64,000 nucleotides of DNA. It comes from a virus. Location of the stretch: IMG/VR virus record IMGVR_UViG_3300035181_001974; one strand, 5' to 3'. Both the position numbers and the translations under genes were made by a program. The notes below the pieces were generated by a model. It saw only the letters and a list, made by a program, of their open reading frames with translations, made no database searches and was not told the origin of the DNA. Positions 62,880-64,000 of this stretch are shown one piece after another; the first letter of the stretch is position 1; each line of letters opens with the position of its first letter.

Positions 62880-63359
62880 CTACTTGAGGTTGTCGTGGAC
62901 CCAAGCCACAAATGTCTTGTTCGACAAGGCATACTGACGGCGCCGTTTGATCGTCTCGACGCAGACGTGGCCATTCCAACCTGTCAACTCATGAAGGGCC
63001 ATCGCGGTCACAATCCCGCTGCGATTGTACCCTGACATGCATGTGACTAGGACCTTCTTGCCTGACCTGACGTGGCTGGCTACCTCTCGGGCGGCCGCCT
63101 GCCATGTCGGCAAGAAGTTCATAAGTCGATGTGGACGTTCATCGTCATCGCCCGGTGCGAGGATGACATGAAGACCCGGGTACCATGAGGCGTCCTGGTG
63201 ATCACTTGCTGCGAGCACCACGACATCAAAACCCTTATCACGCAGCAGGCTGCCTGCCGGCGGAATGGCACCCTGCCAAAGGGTACCGTGGATGTTGTTG
63301 ATGTCCAATACGTTCATGATGTCATCGTAATCCGGATCGTCGTCCATGTCAACCCTCAC
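62880..63359 (-). CDS. dual-specificity / tyrosine-type protein phosphatase (CX5R)
   Basis: VLVTCMSGYNRSGIVTAMA active-site loop; ATGA overlap with NAMPT gene. Confidence 0.65.
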   Translation of the reverse strand: MRVDMDDDPDYDDIMNVLDINNIHGTLWQGAIPPAGSLLRDKGFDVVVLAASDHQDASWYPGLHVILAPGDDDERPHRLMNFLPTWQAAAREVASHVRSGKKVLVTCMSGYNRSGIVTAMALHELTGWNGHVCVETIKRRRQYALSNKTFVAWVHDNLK

Positions 63360-64000
63360 AGGGCTGCGCGGGCTCGCACCTCATCGAGGGTGTATTCTTT
63401 CAGGACCTCACCGTCCAGGAACACCGTCTCCATGATTGAGTACGGCAGCTTCTCTTTGCCAACTGGGACTCGGCCCGTGGTGAATCGCCCCTCAAAGACC
63501 TCGAGGTCCAGACGCCCCTTCTTCGAGCGCTTGCCCGAGTCGGTCACTGGTTCCTTGAAGACGTCGATCTCAAGGCCGTCTGCCACAATATGACTACACT
63601 TCATGGCGAACTTCTGCGTATCGCGGTTGTGTTGCTGCAACAACGCGCCTCCCATGCCGAAGGCGATGTTGGTCGCCGAGAAGCCGGCCTTCACCGCCGC
63701 GTCCAGGATCGCATAGATGCTGTCACGGTTGATTCCGTCACCTTGGATGACGCGAACGTTGTTCAGGACCTTGTAGCCCTTCGAGTTGACAGTTGAACCG
63801 AACTTGGACTCCAAGAGTCGCAGACAGTTGAGCACCACGGTTGGCGGGTGACCCGAATCCGGACGTACCACCACGATGGCGCCCGAATCCTTGACCTCCT
63901 GACGCAGGGTCTCGCCCCAGATGTGCTCACAGGCATTGTAGATGTCGTACGAGTCGCTGACCACCGCGACCAGTGCTCCAGGCTTAGCGAAGTTCCGTAG
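63356..64000 (-). CDS. nicotinamide phosphoribosyltransferase (NAMPT), C-terminal part; gene continues beyond the window
   Basis: VRPDSG, VIQGDGI, FGMGGALLQ motifs typical of NAMPT. Confidence 0.8.
   Translation of the reverse strand, partial: LRNFAKPGALVAVVSDSYDIYNACEHIWGETLRQEVKDSGAIVVVRPDSGHPPTVVLNCLRLLESKFGSTVNSKGYKVLNNVRVIQGDGINRDSIYAILDAAVKAGFSATNIAFGMGGALLQQHNRDTQKFAMKCSHIVADGLEIDVFKEPVTDSGKRSKKGRLDLEVFEGRFTTGRVPVGKEKLPYSIMETVFLDGEVLKEYTLDEVRARAAL

Overview
GC-rich window that reads as part of a large tailed dsDNA bacteriophage genome, probably a jumbo or 'huge' myovirus-like phage. Organism type is inferred only from gene content, not from a search. Plus-strand part (about 1-38.3 kb): five tRNA gene arrays (about 1-1250, 2220-3590, 23640-27630, 27920-28150, 30200-35070) that I count by eye at 55-60 tRNA or tRNA-like genes, many in complete isoacceptor sets (Ala x3, Pro x3-4, Thr x3, Arg x5, Gln x3, Gly x3, Leu x3, Ser x3). 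Interleaved with the arrays: an RpoD-like sigma factor lacking region 4.2, with a region-4-like HTH encoded separately; an ATP-dependent DNA ligase; a DUF2201-type HExxH metallopeptidase plus VWA protein; three tandem small membrane proteins; a protein-kinase-like gene; a lipoprotein HNH nuclease; and a dense block of translation and RNA-repair genes: RF2 (prfB) with the conserved +1 programmed frameshift, PTH2 peptidyl-tRNA hydrolase, two KxDG RNA ligases, a T4 Pnk-type 3'-phosphatase domain, a NADAR protein and a split GNAT. Minus-strand part (38.5-64 kb): a long co-directional operon of structural genes (T4-like baseplate wedge gp25-like and gp6-like, hub/spike and very large fibre proteins), a gp55-like late sigma factor, two glycosyltransferases, two nucleases (DUF559-like, Cas4-like), a RelA/SpoT-type HD hydrolase interrupted by an in-frame TAG at a conserved Gln, a Trbp111/CsaA-like tRNA-binding protein, a second PTH2-fold protein, a CX5R phosphatase and the 3' part of a nicotinamide phosphoribosyltransferase (NAMPT) gene running off the window end. 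Most interesting signal: a phage 'translation-autonomy / tRNA-protection' system (huge tRNA set, some with atypical architecture; tRNA-end repair and decontamination enzymes; own RF2) coupled to an NAD-salvage / ADP-ribose-related module. tRNA coordinates are hand-derived from the printed numbering and may be off by 1-2 nt; CDS coordinates follow the ORF track.
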